Shown piece by piece: positions 11,322 through 20,959 of a DNA stretch of 64,000 nucleotides (position 1 is the stretch's first letter; each line of letters opens with the position of its first letter). Position numbers and translations under genes: made by a program. The DNA lies in NCBI GenBank assembly GCA_041663665.1, contig JBAYMG010000003.1:86910-150909 (forward strand). Direction: 5' to 3'. A model generated the notes under the pieces. It was not told where the DNA came from. It was given only the letters and a program-made list of their open reading frames with translations, and searched no databases. The DNA comes from Candidatus Omnitrophota bacterium. Its GTDB lineage: Bacteria > Omnitrophota > Gorgyraeia > Gygaellales > Profunditerraquicolaceae.

Positions 11322-11962
11322 AGGTAAAGGTATGCGGGATTACTAACTTAGAGGATGCTTTAGCTTGTTTGTTCCTGGGTGCGCATGCCTTAGGATTTGT
11401 TTTTTACAAAAAAAGCCCGCGCTACATTAGCCCTGGTGCTGCAGGAAATATAGCAAAAATTTTACCCAAAAAGATCAAGCGCGTAGGAGTTTTTGTTAAT
11501 CAGAGTGTTCCAAGTGTAAAGAGAATTGCCAAGCTTTGCAATTTAGATATGCTGCAATTTCATGGCAGTGAGACTCCTGAGTATTGCCAGAAATTTGTCG
11601 GTTATAAGGTAATTAAGGCCTTTAGGGTAAGCAAGAAAGAAGATTTATCTGCTATATCTAAGCATAAGGTTTTTGCTTATTTATTTGATAGTTTCTCAAA
11701 TAATAAATTAGGCGGTACGGGAAATAAATTTAACTGGAAAATACTTGCGCAATCAGGTAGAATTGAGCCTGTTAATCTCTCTCATGGCGAAAATAAAAAG
11801 CCTGTAGTTTTTTTATCAGGCGGGTTAACCCCTGGCAATGTTGCCGGGGCAATTAAGTTGTTAAAACCCGATTGGGTGGATGCTTCAAGTGGTTTGGAAA
11901 TAAAGCCTGGCAAAAAAGATCATAAAAAGATTGAGAAATTTATTCAAGAAAGCTTAAAATGA
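11315..11962 (+). CDS. trpF: phosphoribosylanthranilate isomerase
   Basis: [16 protein letters not shown]-terminus, 215 aa, position between trpC and trpB. Confidence 0.85.
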   Translation: MVKVKVCGITNLEDALACLFLGAHALGFVFYKKSPRYISPGAAGNIAKILPKKIKRVGVFVNQSVPSVKRIAKLCNLDMLQFHGSETPEYCQKFVGYKVIKAFRVSKKEDLSAISKHKVFAYLFDSFSNNKLGGTGNKFNWKILAQSGRIEPVNLSHGENKKPVVFLSGGLTPGNVAGAIKLLKPDWVDASSGLEIKPGKKDHKKIEKFIQESLK

Positions 11963-13134
11963 AAAGTAGGATACCGGATAAAACAGGGCATTTTGGTGTT
12001 TTTGGGGGAAGGTTTGTCCCGGAGACATTAATCTATGCTTTGGATGAGCTAGAGAAAGAATATCTTCGGGCCAAGAAAGATAAAAAGTTTGCCGAAGAGT
12101 TTGACTATTATTTACGGCAATATGCCGGCAGGCCTACTCCGTTATATTTAGCTAAAAACTTAAGCCGGTGCTTGGGAATAAAAAAGATTTATTTAAAAAG
12201 GGAAGACCTTTTGCATACCGGAGCGCATAAAATTAATAGTACTTTAGGGCAGGTGCTTTTGGCAGTCTCAATGGGCAAGAAAAGACTAATTGCCGAGACT
12301 GGGGCTGGTCAACATGGAGTTGCTACTGCCACGGTTGCGGCATTGTTTGGATTAAAATGCGATGTCTATATGGGAGAAGAAGATATTCATCGGCAGTCAT
12401 TAAATGTTATGCGGATGGAGCTTTTGGGAGCAAGAGTAATTAGCGTTAAAAGTGGAACACGAACTTTAAAAGACGCTATGACCGAAGCTTTGCGTGATTG
12501 GGTAACCAATGTCCGCGATACTTACTATGTTATTGGTACCGTTGCCGGACCGCATCCGTATCCTGAAATGGTGCGTGATTTTCAGTCGGTGATTGGGAGC
12601 GAGGCAAGGGCTCAAATCTTAAAGCAGGACCATCGCTTGCCGGATTATCTTGTTGCTTGTGTTGGAGGCGGCAGTAACGCCATAGGTTTATTCCACCCTT
12701 TCTTTAATGATTCAGGTGTAAAGATGATTGGAGTTGAAGCCGCAGGATTGGGGTTATCAAGCGGGAAACATTCAGCCAGCCTTGAGGCTGGTTTAGTTGG
12801 AGTGCTGCATGGTTCTAAGTCAAAAATTTTAGAGGATAGGTTCGGCCAGATAAAAAATGCGCATTCTGTTGCTGCCGGCCTTGATTATCCCGGTGTGGGC
12901 CCGGAGCATGCCTATTACCGGCAGATTAAGCGTGCAGTTTATGTGTCTATTACCGACAAAGAAGCTTTAGAGGGGTTTAAGTTATTGTCCCAGGTTGAAG
13001 GGATTATCCCGGCATTAGAATCCGCGCATGCTATTGCTTATTTAAAGAAGTCAGGTAAGATGATTAGGAAAAATTCGACAGTGATTGTTTGTCTTTCCGG
13101 AAGAGGGGATAAGGATTTGCATGAATCGCATTGA
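11959..13134 (+). CDS. trpB: tryptophan synthase beta chain
   Basis: PLP-lysine region [17 protein letters not shown] and the GGGSNAIG loop. Confidence 0.95.
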   Translation: MKSRIPDKTGHFGVFGGRFVPETLIYALDELEKEYLRAKKDKKFAEEFDYYLRQYAGRPTPLYLAKNLSRCLGIKKIYLKREDLLHTGAHKINSTLGQVLLAVSMGKKRLIAETGAGQHGVATATVAALFGLKCDVYMGEEDIHRQSLNVMRMELLGARVISVKSGTRTLKDAMTEALRDWVTNVRDTYYVIGTVAGPHPYPEMVRDFQSVIGSEARAQILKQDHRLPDYLVACVGGGSNAIGLFHPFFNDSGVKMIGVEAAGLGLSSGKHSASLEAGLVGVLHGSKSKILEDRFGQIKNAHSVAAGLDYPGVGPEHAYYRQIKRAVYVSITDKEALEGFKLLSQVEGIIPALESAHAIAYLKKSGKMIRKNSTVIVCLSGRGDKDLHESH

Positions 13135-13921
13135 AGAAAAATTTATTCAACTGAAAAAAGAAAATAAAAAGGCATTTATTGCTTTTATAACGGCGGGTTT
13201 TCCCGACTTATCTACTACAGCTAAACTCGTTTTAAGTTTAGAGAAAAATGGCGTAGACATAATTGAGTTGGGAGTACCTTTTTCTGAACCCTTAGCTGAT
13301 GGCCCGATTATCCAGAACGCTTCAGCTTATTCTCTTAAAAAAGGGGTGAATTTGCCAAAAATTTTAAGCTTGGTAAAGAAGTTACGCCAGAATACTAATT
13401 TACCGATATGTTTAATGACTTACTATAATCCTGTTTTTTGTTTTGGCGATCAGCGTTTTATTGACCAAGCGGTGCTTGCTGGGGTAGATGGAGTGATTAT
13501 TCCGGATTTGCCTCCGGAAGAAGCAAGTGAATTTATTGATTATGCAAATAAGTCCGGTTTAGTAAATATTTGTTTTGTTGCCCCGACTAGTTCGAGGGAG
13601 CGGATTAAAGTAATAGCTAAAAAAGCCAAAGGTTTTATTTATTATGTTTCCTTAACCGGGGTAACCGGTAAACGTAATAGGTTGAGCCTGGATCTAAAAA
13701 CCAAGCTTGCCGAAATCAAAAAGATAACTTCTTTACCGGTTTGTGTCGGATTCGGTATCTCGAATGCACAGCAAGCTTGCGAGGTGTCTAAAATTTCTGA
13801 TGGAGTAATTATCGGCAGCGTAATTGTCGAAAAAATTAAAGAGCATATCGGCCGCGCTGATCTCGTGCCGCAGGTGTCCAGTTTTGTAAAAACCCTTCAA
13901 TGTATAAAAAAGATAAATTAA
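13121..13921 (+). CDS. trpA: tryptophan synthase alpha chain
   Basis: ATG at 13121 is in the track ORF frame ([29 protein letters not shown]..). It overlaps the trpB stop. Active-site region [17 protein letters not shown]. Confidence 0.9.
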   Translation: MNRIEEKFIQLKKENKKAFIAFITAGFPDLSTTAKLVLSLEKNGVDIIELGVPFSEPLADGPIIQNASAYSLKKGVNLPKILSLVKKLRQNTNLPICLMTYYNPVFCFGDQRFIDQAVLAGVDGVIIPDLPPEEASEFIDYANKSGLVNICFVAPTSSRERIKVIAKKAKGFIYYVSLTGVTGKRNRLSLDLKTKLAEIKKITSLPVCVGFGISNAQQACEVSKISDGVIIGSVIVEKIKEHIGRADLVPQVSSFVKTLQCIKKIN

Positions 13922-15168
13922 ATAATGGTTTAAGGATAATTTCAAAGGCTAATGACAGCGTGCAATCTGTATCTTTAGGTATTTGGATTAATACTGGAGG
14001 CCGCTATGAAACAGCTGCTCAAAAAGGGATATCTCATTTTTTAGAACACCTTCTTTTTAAGGGTAGTAAAAAATATTCCTGCCGGATGATTAAAGAATCC
14101 GTTGAGGGGGTGGGTGGTTCATTAAATGGTTTTACCTCTGAGGAGCTAACTTGTTATCTGGTTAAAATCCCTAATCGTTATTCGGCCCTGGCTTTAGATA
14201 TTTTATCCGACATGGTAGCTAATCCCTGTTTAAAGCAGGAAGATATTATAAAAGAAAAAACAGTTATCTTAGAAGAACTTAAGATGTATCGGGACCTTCC
14301 GCAAAGTTATGTTTATGAGCTCCTTGATGAGTTACTTTGGCCTAATCAAGTCTTAGGCTCGGCTATAATCGGCACAGTTGAATCAGTGACTAATATTAAT
14401 TGTCAAAGTTTAAAATCTTATCAAGCTGGTTTTTATACTCCGGCTAATATTGTCATTAGTGCTGCCGGGAAAGTTAACCATGATCTGTTAGTTAAAAAAA
14501 CTTCAGCTTTCTTCTCATCACAAAAAGCCGATAAACTTAATACTTTTGTGCCTGTTCAGGAAAACCAGATTCATCCGCAATTAAAAATTTTTGATAAAGC
14601 TACTGAACAGACTCATATGGCTTTAGGGTTTCATGCTTTAAAGCGAGATCATCCTTTAAGGCATGCCGGGGCAATATTACATATAATTTTAGGAGCGAAT
14701 ATGTCCAGCCGCCTTTTTAATCAGGTTAGGGAAAAAAGAGGCTTAGCCTATGAGATTGGTACCGCGCTTAAGCGTTATGCTGATACCGGGGCTTTTGTTG
14801 TGCATGCCGGTATTGATAATTTAAAAGTTGATGATGCTTTAAGCCTGATTTTTAAAGAGCTAAGTAAAACTAAAAAATCTTTTGTCCTTGATGGTGAATT
14901 TAAGCGCGCCAAAGAATTTTATTTAGGGCAGTTGGCTTTAGCTTTAGAAGATACTATGGAGGACATGCTCTGGATGGGAGAAAATGTTGCCTGTCTGGAT
15001 GAGGTGTATACGTTGCAACAGATTATTAAGGATGTGAATAAAGTAAGCTTGGAAGATGTGCGCCAAGTTGCCAGGTTGGTGTTTCGAAATCAGGCAATCA
15101 ATTTAGCTTTAATTGGGCCTCTTGAAAAAAGTGAAAAAAATATATACGCTAAACTTAACTTAGGGTAA
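13900..15168 (+). CDS. M16 family zinc peptidase (insulinase/pitrilysin-like)
   Basis: Inverted zinc motif HFLEHLLFKG (HxxEH). 422 aa, two-lobe M16 architecture. Confidence 0.8.
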   Translation: MYKKDKLNNGLRIISKANDSVQSVSLGIWINTGGRYETAAQKGISHFLEHLLFKGSKKYSCRMIKESVEGVGGSLNGFTSEELTCYLVKIPNRYSALALDILSDMVANPCLKQEDIIKEKTVILEELKMYRDLPQSYVYELLDELLWPNQVLGSAIIGTVESVTNINCQSLKSYQAGFYTPANIVISAAGKVNHDLLVKKTSAFFSSQKADKLNTFVPVQENQIHPQLKIFDKATEQTHMALGFHALKRDHPLRHAGAILHIILGANMSSRLFNQVREKRGLAYEIGTALKRYADTGAFVVHAGIDNLKVDDALSLIFKELSKTKKSFVLDGEFKRAKEFYLGQLALALEDTMEDMLWMGENVACLDEVYTLQQIIKDVNKVSLEDVRQVARLVFRNQAINLALIGPLEKSEKNIYAKLNLG

Positions 15169-15170
15169 GT

Positions 15171-16172
15171 ATGATAACATTTTTAATTATATTGATTTTG
15201 GTTGTTCTTTCTTTTTTCTTTTCAGCCTCAGAGACTTCGATTATCGGCTTGAGTAAGATTCGGCTGCGCCATATGCTGAAAAAAGGAACTAAGCGCGCTT
15301 TGAGCGTCCAGCGGTTAACAACTAAATTAGATAAAGTAATTGCCGCTATACTTATCGGTAATAATCTGGTTAATATTGCCGTTTCATCAATTGTCACCGG
15401 TATTTTTGTTCAGATTTACGGATACCGTTGGGGCATTATCGTCTCAACTTTCGTTACTACTTTGGTTTTACTTATCTTCTGCGAAGTGACTCCAAAGATA
15501 CTTTCATCAAAGCATGCTGACAAAGTCGCATTATTTACCGCCCCCTTTATGGAGGTGATATTGGTAATTTTTAAACCACTGATATTATTTTTCACTGGAA
15601 TCAGTAATTTCATCCTTAAAATTTGCGGAGTGGGCCCGGTTAAAAAATCGCCCTTAATTACCGAAGAAGAATTAAAATCAATGATTGAGATGGGGCAGGA
15701 GGAAGGTGTTTTAAGCGATGAGGAGCGTAAAATGTTGCATCGCATCTTTGAATTCGGAGATACGATGCTTGTGGATATTATGGTACCGATGGATAAAATT
15801 ATTGCGGTGAGCATCGATACTAATTCTGATGATTTGTTAAATATTTTTGTTGAAGAAGGCCATGCCCGTCTTCCGGTATATACTCAAAGCCGCAATAATA
15901 TTGTTGGTATAGTTTATGCCCATGACTTGCTTTATATCTTGCGGGAAAAGGGTTTGTTTTTGTTACAAGATTTGCTTCATGAAGCTTGTTTTGCTTCTAG
16001 TACAACGCGCGTAAATGATCTTTTAAAAAGATTCCAGACCGAGAAAATGCAGATGGCAATTGTAATTGATAAGGACAAAAAGGCCCTGGGGTTAGTTACC
16101 TTGGAGGATTTAATTGAAGAGATTGTCGGCGAAATAGAGGAAAAACGTTCTAAGCTTAAGACCCAAGTCTGA
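15171..16172 (+). CDS. CNNM/DUF21 transmembrane domain + tandem CBS + CorC/HlyC C-terminal domain protein (TlyC/CorC-like Mg/Co efflux or hemolysin family)
   Basis: N-terminal multi-TM region, then a CBS pair (..HRIFEFGDTMLVDIMVPMDKII..), then a C-terminal transporter-associated domain. Confidence 0.75.
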   Translation: MITFLIILILVVLSFFFSASETSIIGLSKIRLRHMLKKGTKRALSVQRLTTKLDKVIAAILIGNNLVNIAVSSIVTGIFVQIYGYRWGIIVSTFVTTLVLLIFCEVTPKILSSKHADKVALFTAPFMEVILVIFKPLILFFTGISNFILKICGVGPVKKSPLITEEELKSMIEMGQEEGVLSDEERKMLHRIFEFGDTMLVDIMVPMDKIIAVSIDTNSDDLLNIFVEEGHARLPVYTQSRNNIVGIVYAHDLLYILREKGLFLLQDLLHEACFASSTTRVNDLLKRFQTEKMQMAIVIDKDKKALGLVTLEDLIEEIVGEIEEKRSKLKTQV

Positions 16173-16180
16173 AGAATTAT

Positions 16181-16209
16181 TTGACATCAAAATTTAGCTG
16201 TGTTAAAAT
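16181..16209 (+). promoter_or_regulatory. sigma70-type promoter: TTGACA, 17-bp spacer, extended -10 TGtTAAAAT
   Basis: ttgaca at 16181-16186; tgt at 16201-16203 then taaaat at 16204-16209. Lies directly after the CNNM gene stop and about 180 nt upstream of the zinc-ribbon ORF. Confidence 0.55.
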
Positions 16210-16387
16210 AGAAAATCAAATGAGATTAGTACAATCTCCCGCTTTGCAATTATCCGGCGGGATGATACTCGGGCGTTTATAACGCTCAAGGATTTCACTA
16301 GATAAAAACTTAAAGTGTTTAGTCAGCGCTGGTAACTTACGAGCACTTCCATTGGTAAGTTAAGCGCTCATTTAAAGGGAGGAATAC

Positions 16388-16540
16388 ATGGCAGAAACAG
16401 GATATTGCGTCAAATGTAAAGGTAAGAAAGATATGAAAGATGAAGAGAAGGTTACGATGAAAAATGGCCGTGCAGCAGTCAAGGGTAAATGCCCTGAATG
16501 CGGAACTGGTATGTACAAGATTTTAGGTAAGGCCAAGTAA
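16388..16540 (+). CDS. 50-aa zinc-ribbon protein (CxxC..CxxC), unannotated in the ORF track; resembles small DUF5679-like zinc ribbons (from memory)
   Basis: MAETGYCVKCKGKKDMKDEEKVTMKNGRAAVKGKCPECGTGMYKILGKAK. Strong SD AAAGGGAGG 6 nt upstream of the ATG. Confidence 0.6.
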   Translation: MAETGYCVKCKGKKDMKDEEKVTMKNGRAAVKGKCPECGTGMYKILGKAK

Positions 16541-16563
16541 TTATAATAAAATAGGAGTAGAAA

Positions 16564-16920
16564 ATAGAAACAAAACAATTAGCACAACACATCGCCCATG
16601 CTGCCAAATCCAAGAAGGCAGAAGATGTTATTATCCTTGATGTTTCTAAAATAGCCGGGTTCTGTGATTATTTCGTGATTGCCAGCGGTAATTCCTTGAG
16701 GCATGCTACAGCCATTGCCCAGGCGATTCAGGATGAGCTGGAAAGTAAAAAAATAAAATCTCTCTCAAAGGTTTCACCGAATGATGAATCCGGCTGGATA
16801 GCTTTAGATTATGTTTCGGTGATTGCGCATACGTTCTATAAACCGGTGAGAGAGTTTTATTCTTTAGAGGGGCTTTGGTCTGACGCCAAAAAGGTAAGAG
16901 TTATTGCTCCTAAGCCCTAA
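16564..16920 (+). CDS. rsfS: ribosomal silencing factor RsfS (Iojap); probable non-canonical ATA start at 16564, with GTG 16675 as the minimal alternative
   Basis: The conserved RsfS N-terminal half (..QLAQHIAHAAKSKKAEDVIILDVSKIAGFCDYFVIASGNSLRHATAIA..) is in-frame upstream of the first GTG and is bounded by a TAG at 16558. An AGGAG SD at 16553-16557 sits 6 nt before ATA 16564. Confidence 0.75.
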   Translation: METKQLAQHIAHAAKSKKAEDVIILDVSKIAGFCDYFVIASGNSLRHATAIAQAIQDELESKKIKSLSKVSPNDESGWIALDYVSVIAHTFYKPVREFYSLEGLWSDAKKVRVIAPKP

Positions 16921-16957
16921 CTTGCCCAAATTGTATTGCCATTCTTAAGAAAATAAA

Positions 16958-18598
16958 ATGCATGATAATATTCAAGAAAAGCTTATAGCTTTAGTTAATC
17001 TCTGCCTAGAGGATCTTGGCTGGCTTAAAGAGTGCAAAGATGGTGTTTTGCTTGATTTTCCTACAGATAATCGCTTCGGCGATTTTACTACCAATATTGC
17101 TTTAAAATTAAGTAAGCTTTTAAAGCGGGCTCCGCAGTCAATTGCTGCTGAATTAGTTGCATCTCTCCAAAAAGAAATAATAAAATCTAATTTAAGCGAT
17201 TTAATCTCTCAAGTTAAAGTCGAGGGTGTGGGGTTTGTAAATTTTTATTTAAATGACAGCTATTTTCACGCTAGGCTTAGAGAGATAATTACCTGCGGTA
17301 AAGAGGCGTTAAGGTTGGACCTGGGAAAAGGTAAAAAAACTTTAATTGAATTTGTCAGTGCAAATCCAACCGGTTGTTTGTCTGTGGCGCACGCGCGTCA
17401 GGCAGCGGTTGGAGATTGTTTTGCCAGTATCTTAAGTTTTTTAAATTTTGATATTTCCCGTGAGTATTATTTAAATGATGAAGGCAATCAGATTAATATT
17501 CTGGGCAATTCTGTGGCTTTGCGGCTCAAGGAATTGCAGGGCGAGAAAATAGATTTTCCTGAGAATTATTACCAAGGGGATTATATCTATGATATTGCCC
17601 GCAAGGCCGACGAAGCTAAAATTAAAAATACTGAATTGGGGGATTTTGCCGCCGATTCTATTTTAAAAATAATCAAGGATGAGCTTAAGGATTTTGGGGT
17701 TAACTTTGATTTTTGGTATTCGCAAAAGGAATTAGCTAAAAGCGGAAAAGTTGAATGGGCATTTAAGCAATTAAAGGAGCAAGGGTATTTATATGAGCAG
17801 GATGGGGCGCTTTGGTTTAAGTCTACTGCTTTTGGCGATGATAAAGACAGGGTAATTGTAAAAAGCGATGGCAGCCAAACTTACCTGGCTCCGGATATTG
17901 CTTACCATCAGGATAAATTCAACCGCGGGTTTAGCTGGTTGATTAATCTCTGGGGCCCGGATCATCATGGTTATATTAATCGCATTAAAGCTTCAATTGA
18001 GGCATTTGGGCATAAAAGCGATGATTTGTCTGTCATTATTGTTCAGCTGGCCACTATTTTTAGAGATGGTAAGCCTTTGCAAATGTCCACCCGGCGAGGG
18101 CAGTATATAACTTTGCGCGAGGTTCTTGATGAAGTCGGAAAAGATGCCGCCCGATTTTTCTTTTTAATGCGTCGTACCTCAAGCCACTTGGATTTTGATT
18201 TGGAGGTTGCTAAAAAACAGAGCGCAGAAAATCCGGTATATTACGTGCAATATGCGCATGCGCGTATCTGTAGTATTCTACGCTCTAGCCCGGCTGCCTT
18301 AACCGATAGCGATTTGAATTTGTCAGTGCTTAAGGAAAAAGAGGAGTTGGATCTTATAAAGAAGATGCTGCAATTTAAGGTTGTTCTTAATATTTGCCTG
18401 ATTACTTGTGATCCATATATGGTTACAGTTTACTTACAAGAGCTTTCTGAAACTTTTCATAAATTTTATGATTTACACCGGGTTTTGGGGCAAGAGGAAC
18501 AAGTTACTTGCGCAAGGCTGGCGTTAATTAAAGGCGCAAAAATTGTTTTAGCAGCCGGTTTAGAATTGTTAGGAATAACTCAGCCTGAGAAGATGTGA
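16958..18598 (+). CDS. argS: arginine--tRNA ligase
   Basis: HIGH-like SANPTGCLSVAHAR and KMSKS-like QMSTRRG. 546 aa with an anticodon-binding C-terminus. Confidence 0.9.
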   Translation: MHDNIQEKLIALVNLCLEDLGWLKECKDGVLLDFPTDNRFGDFTTNIALKLSKLLKRAPQSIAAELVASLQKEIIKSNLSDLISQVKVEGVGFVNFYLNDSYFHARLREIITCGKEALRLDLGKGKKTLIEFVSANPTGCLSVAHARQAAVGDCFASILSFLNFDISREYYLNDEGNQINILGNSVALRLKELQGEKIDFPENYYQGDYIYDIARKADEAKIKNTELGDFAADSILKIIKDELKDFGVNFDFWYSQKELAKSGKVEWAFKQLKEQGYLYEQDGALWFKSTAFGDDKDRVIVKSDGSQTYLAPDIAYHQDKFNRGFSWLINLWGPDHHGYINRIKASIEAFGHKSDDLSVIIVQLATIFRDGKPLQMSTRRGQYITLREVLDEVGKDAARFFFLMRRTSSHLDFDLEVAKKQSAENPVYYVQYAHARICSILRSSPAALTDSDLNLSVLKEKEELDLIKKMLQFKVVLNICLITCDPYMVTVYLQELSETFHKFYDLHRVLGQEEQVTCARLALIKGAKIVLAAGLELLGITQPEKM

Positions 18599-20289
18599 GT
18601 ATGTCTACTCACAAGATTTTAAGATTAGCGACTCTTAATCTGCATCTGCAAAACCAGTTTTCCAAGGAATTAGGCATCTCAAAGATTTTAGCCCAAATTT
18701 TAGTTAACCGCAAAATTACTTCTGTAGCTTCCGCACAAAGATTTCTTAAAAGTTCAATTAGCGATTTATTCAGCCCGCATTTATTCCCGGATATGCCTAA
18801 AGCAATCAGCTTGATTAAAAAAGCACAAGAGAATAAAGAAAAGGTGATGGTTTTTGGCGATTATGATGTTGACGGCATAACTAGCACGGTATTGGTCAAA
18901 AATACTCTTCTTGATTTAGGCTTAAGCGTTTTACATCATATTCCGCATCGCATCAAAGAAGGCTATGGATTGAATAAAGAAATTATTAATTTTGCTAAGG
19001 AAAAACAAGTCAGGCTTATGGTTACTGCTGATTGCGGGATAGCTAATCATAAAGAGGTGGAAGCGTTAAGGCAGGCAAATATTGATGTGATTATTACTGA
19101 TCATCATGAGCCTCAGGATTTAAATTTACCAGCTGCTTCATGTATAATTAACCCTAAACTTAAGCATTCCGGCTATCCGTACCGTGAGCTTGCCGGAGTG
19201 GGGGTAGCGTACAAGTTTTGCCAGGCGGTAACCGGATCATTGTTAATTGATGACCTGGATTTAGTTACTTTGGGCACAATTGCCGATAGTGTTCCTTTAA
19301 CCGGTGAAAATAGGATTATTGCCAAAGAGGGTTTAGTCAGATTGCCTCAAACAAAAAGATTGGGTCTGCGTGCGATAATCGAAAACGCAGGTATTAAAAA
19401 TAAAAAATTTAATTCAACTTACATAAGTTTTATTATTGCTCCCAGGTTAAATGCCCCAGGGCGCATGAGCGATGCCGAGGCTTCAGTAAATCTTTTAATG
19501 AGCCAGGATGCCCAGGAAGCTCAGGGTTTAGCTTTGGAGCTCGAACAATTTAACCGGCAGCGTCAAAAAATTGAAAGTAAAATTTTAGATGAAGCAGAGG
19601 ATCTGATTAATCAACAGATAAATTTTAATAAGTATAAAGTAATTGTAATTGCCAAGGAAGATTGGCATCAGGGGGTTTTAGGTATTGTTGCTTCAAAGCT
19701 AGCGGATAGGTTTTACCGGCCGGCAATAGTTATTTCTTTAAACGAAAACTTGTGTAAGGGGTCAGCGCGTTCAATTAAAAACTTTCATCTATTTGATGCG
19801 CTTATGGATTCTAAAGCATTGTTGGATAGTTTTGGCGGGCATGCTCATGCTGCTGGACTTCTAATAACCCGGGATAATATTGATGAATTTAGGACGAGTA
19901 TTAATAAACTGGCTAATGACCGCCTGACTCTGGAGGATTTGCTTCCCAGTATAGATGTTGATTTAGAGCTTAGTTTGAGTGATTTGAATGAATCAATGGT
20001 CCGCCAGCTTGAACTTCTAGAGCCGTTTGGCATGAGTAATCCTGAACCATTATTCTATACGCGTATGCTTAAGGTTAAAGGGCAGGTGCAACTTTTAAAC
20101 CGAGGTACTTTGAAATTCTGGGCAACCGACGGTATAGTTACTTGTCAGATTATTGCTTTTGGAATGAGCAATTTGAAAGATAGTTTACTGCAGGCAACTG
20201 CTTTTGATCTTATTTATACCGCTAAAATTGACAGTTGGCGTCAAGAGGAATCGATAATTCTTGAAGCCAAAGATATATTTTTTAAATAG
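18595..20289 (+). CDS. recJ: single-stranded-DNA-specific exonuclease RecJ
   Basis: DHH motifs (FGDYDVDGITS, ITDHHEP) and a DHHA1 region GGHAHAAG. Confidence 0.9.
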   Translation: MSMSTHKILRLATLNLHLQNQFSKELGISKILAQILVNRKITSVASAQRFLKSSISDLFSPHLFPDMPKAISLIKKAQENKEKVMVFGDYDVDGITSTVLVKNTLLDLGLSVLHHIPHRIKEGYGLNKEIINFAKEKQVRLMVTADCGIANHKEVEALRQANIDVIITDHHEPQDLNLPAASCIINPKLKHSGYPYRELAGVGVAYKFCQAVTGSLLIDDLDLVTLGTIADSVPLTGENRIIAKEGLVRLPQTKRLGLRAIIENAGIKNKKFNSTYISFIIAPRLNAPGRMSDAEASVNLLMSQDAQEAQGLALELEQFNRQRQKIESKILDEAEDLINQQINFNKYKVIVIAKEDWHQGVLGIVASKLADRFYRPAIVISLNENLCKGSARSIKNFHLFDALMDSKALLDSFGGHAHAAGLLITRDNIDEFRTSINKLANDRLTLEDLLPSIDVDLELSLSDLNESMVRQLELLEPFGMSNPEPLFYTRMLKVKGQVQLLNRGTLKFWATDGIVTCQIIAFGMSNLKDSLLQATAFDLIYTAKIDSWRQEESIILEAKDIFFK

Positions 20290-20536
20290 TTGGTTTAGGT
20301 TTTCTCGGGGTTGCTTTTTTGAAGTCGCCTTTTTTGATGCATTTGGCGCAGATATAAACTTTCTTGGTTGTTCCGTTAACAACTATATGGACTTTTTGAA
20401 GATTTGGCAGAAACTTGCGCTTGGACCAGCGGGCTATTTTTGAACCGGTACCGCCTTTAGCTTTGTATTGGCCTTTTCTGGCTAATACTTTTCCAGTAAG
20501 TGCACCTTTTTTACAGATTGAGCAATTTTTAAGCAT
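20282..20536 (-). CDS. rpmB: 50S ribosomal protein L28 (zinc-binding C4 type, with a short basic C-terminal tail)
   Basis: ..ARWSKRKFLPNLQKVHIVVNGTTKKVYICAKC.. with a CSIC/CAKC Cys quartet. SD AGGAG upstream on the minus strand. Overlaps the recJ 3' end by 8 nt, convergently. Confidence 0.85.
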   Translation of the reverse strand: MLKNCSICKKGALTGKVLARKGQYKAKGGTGSKIARWSKRKFLPNLQKVHIVVNGTTKKVYICAKCIKKGDFKKATPRKPKPTI

Positions 20537-20629
20537 TTTTAGAACTCCTTTTTGAGCATCCTGATTTTAAATTTAACGAAATCCTTGCGAGTAAAACGAG
20601 CAAGGAAGATTTCAATAATAAGTTCATTA

Positions 20630-20657
20630 AGTATACTTGAAATTATGGTATTGTCAA
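20630..20657 (-). promoter_or_regulatory. sigma70-type promoter for rpmB: TTGACA, 16-bp spacer, TATACT (minus strand)
   Basis: The reverse complement of 20630..20657 reads ttgacaataccataatttcaagtatact. The roughly 85-nt 5'UTR contains a 7-bp-stem hairpin (TCCTTGC..GCAAGGA). Confidence 0.5.
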
Positions 20658-20734
20658 GTTAGAATATAGGTGTGTCTGACTTTGAATGACCGGAGGTTTT
20701 TAAAAAGTAGTTTAGGCAAAAAAAGAAAGAAAAT

Positions 20735-20893
20735 ATGAAAAAGAATAAAGTAATTGGGATATTATTGTTAGTTTTTGCGGTTTATACGATTGTCGGTATG
20801 GTCGCAGATAGCGGTATTTTTTGGGATATCTATAATTATCTAACGTTAATATTTTTTATATTAAGCGGTATCGTTTTGTTAAAACAAAAATAG
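20735..20893 (+). CDS. hypothetical 52-aa two-helix membrane protein
   Basis: MKKNKVIGILLLVFAVYTIVGMVADSGIFWDIYNYLTLIFFILSGIVLLKQK. Weak SD. A possible promoter TTGAAA-17-TAGAAT lies at 20637-20665. Confidence 0.35.
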   Translation: MKKNKVIGILLLVFAVYTIVGMVADSGIFWDIYNYLTLIFFILSGIVLLKQK

Positions 20894-20959
20894 TTACTAA
20901 GTTTAGCCTAGAAAATATTCAAGTTTAGAGCTCCGGGTTAAATTTGATTATTCAAGATT

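Noticed and set aside
16388-16540. Possibility that the 50-aa zinc-ribbon ORF is ribosomal protein L33 (rpmG)
   Set aside because: The Cys spacing is similar, but the conserved L33 core (..NY.T.KNKRN.P..) is not convincingly present. Kept as a generic zinc-ribbon protein.
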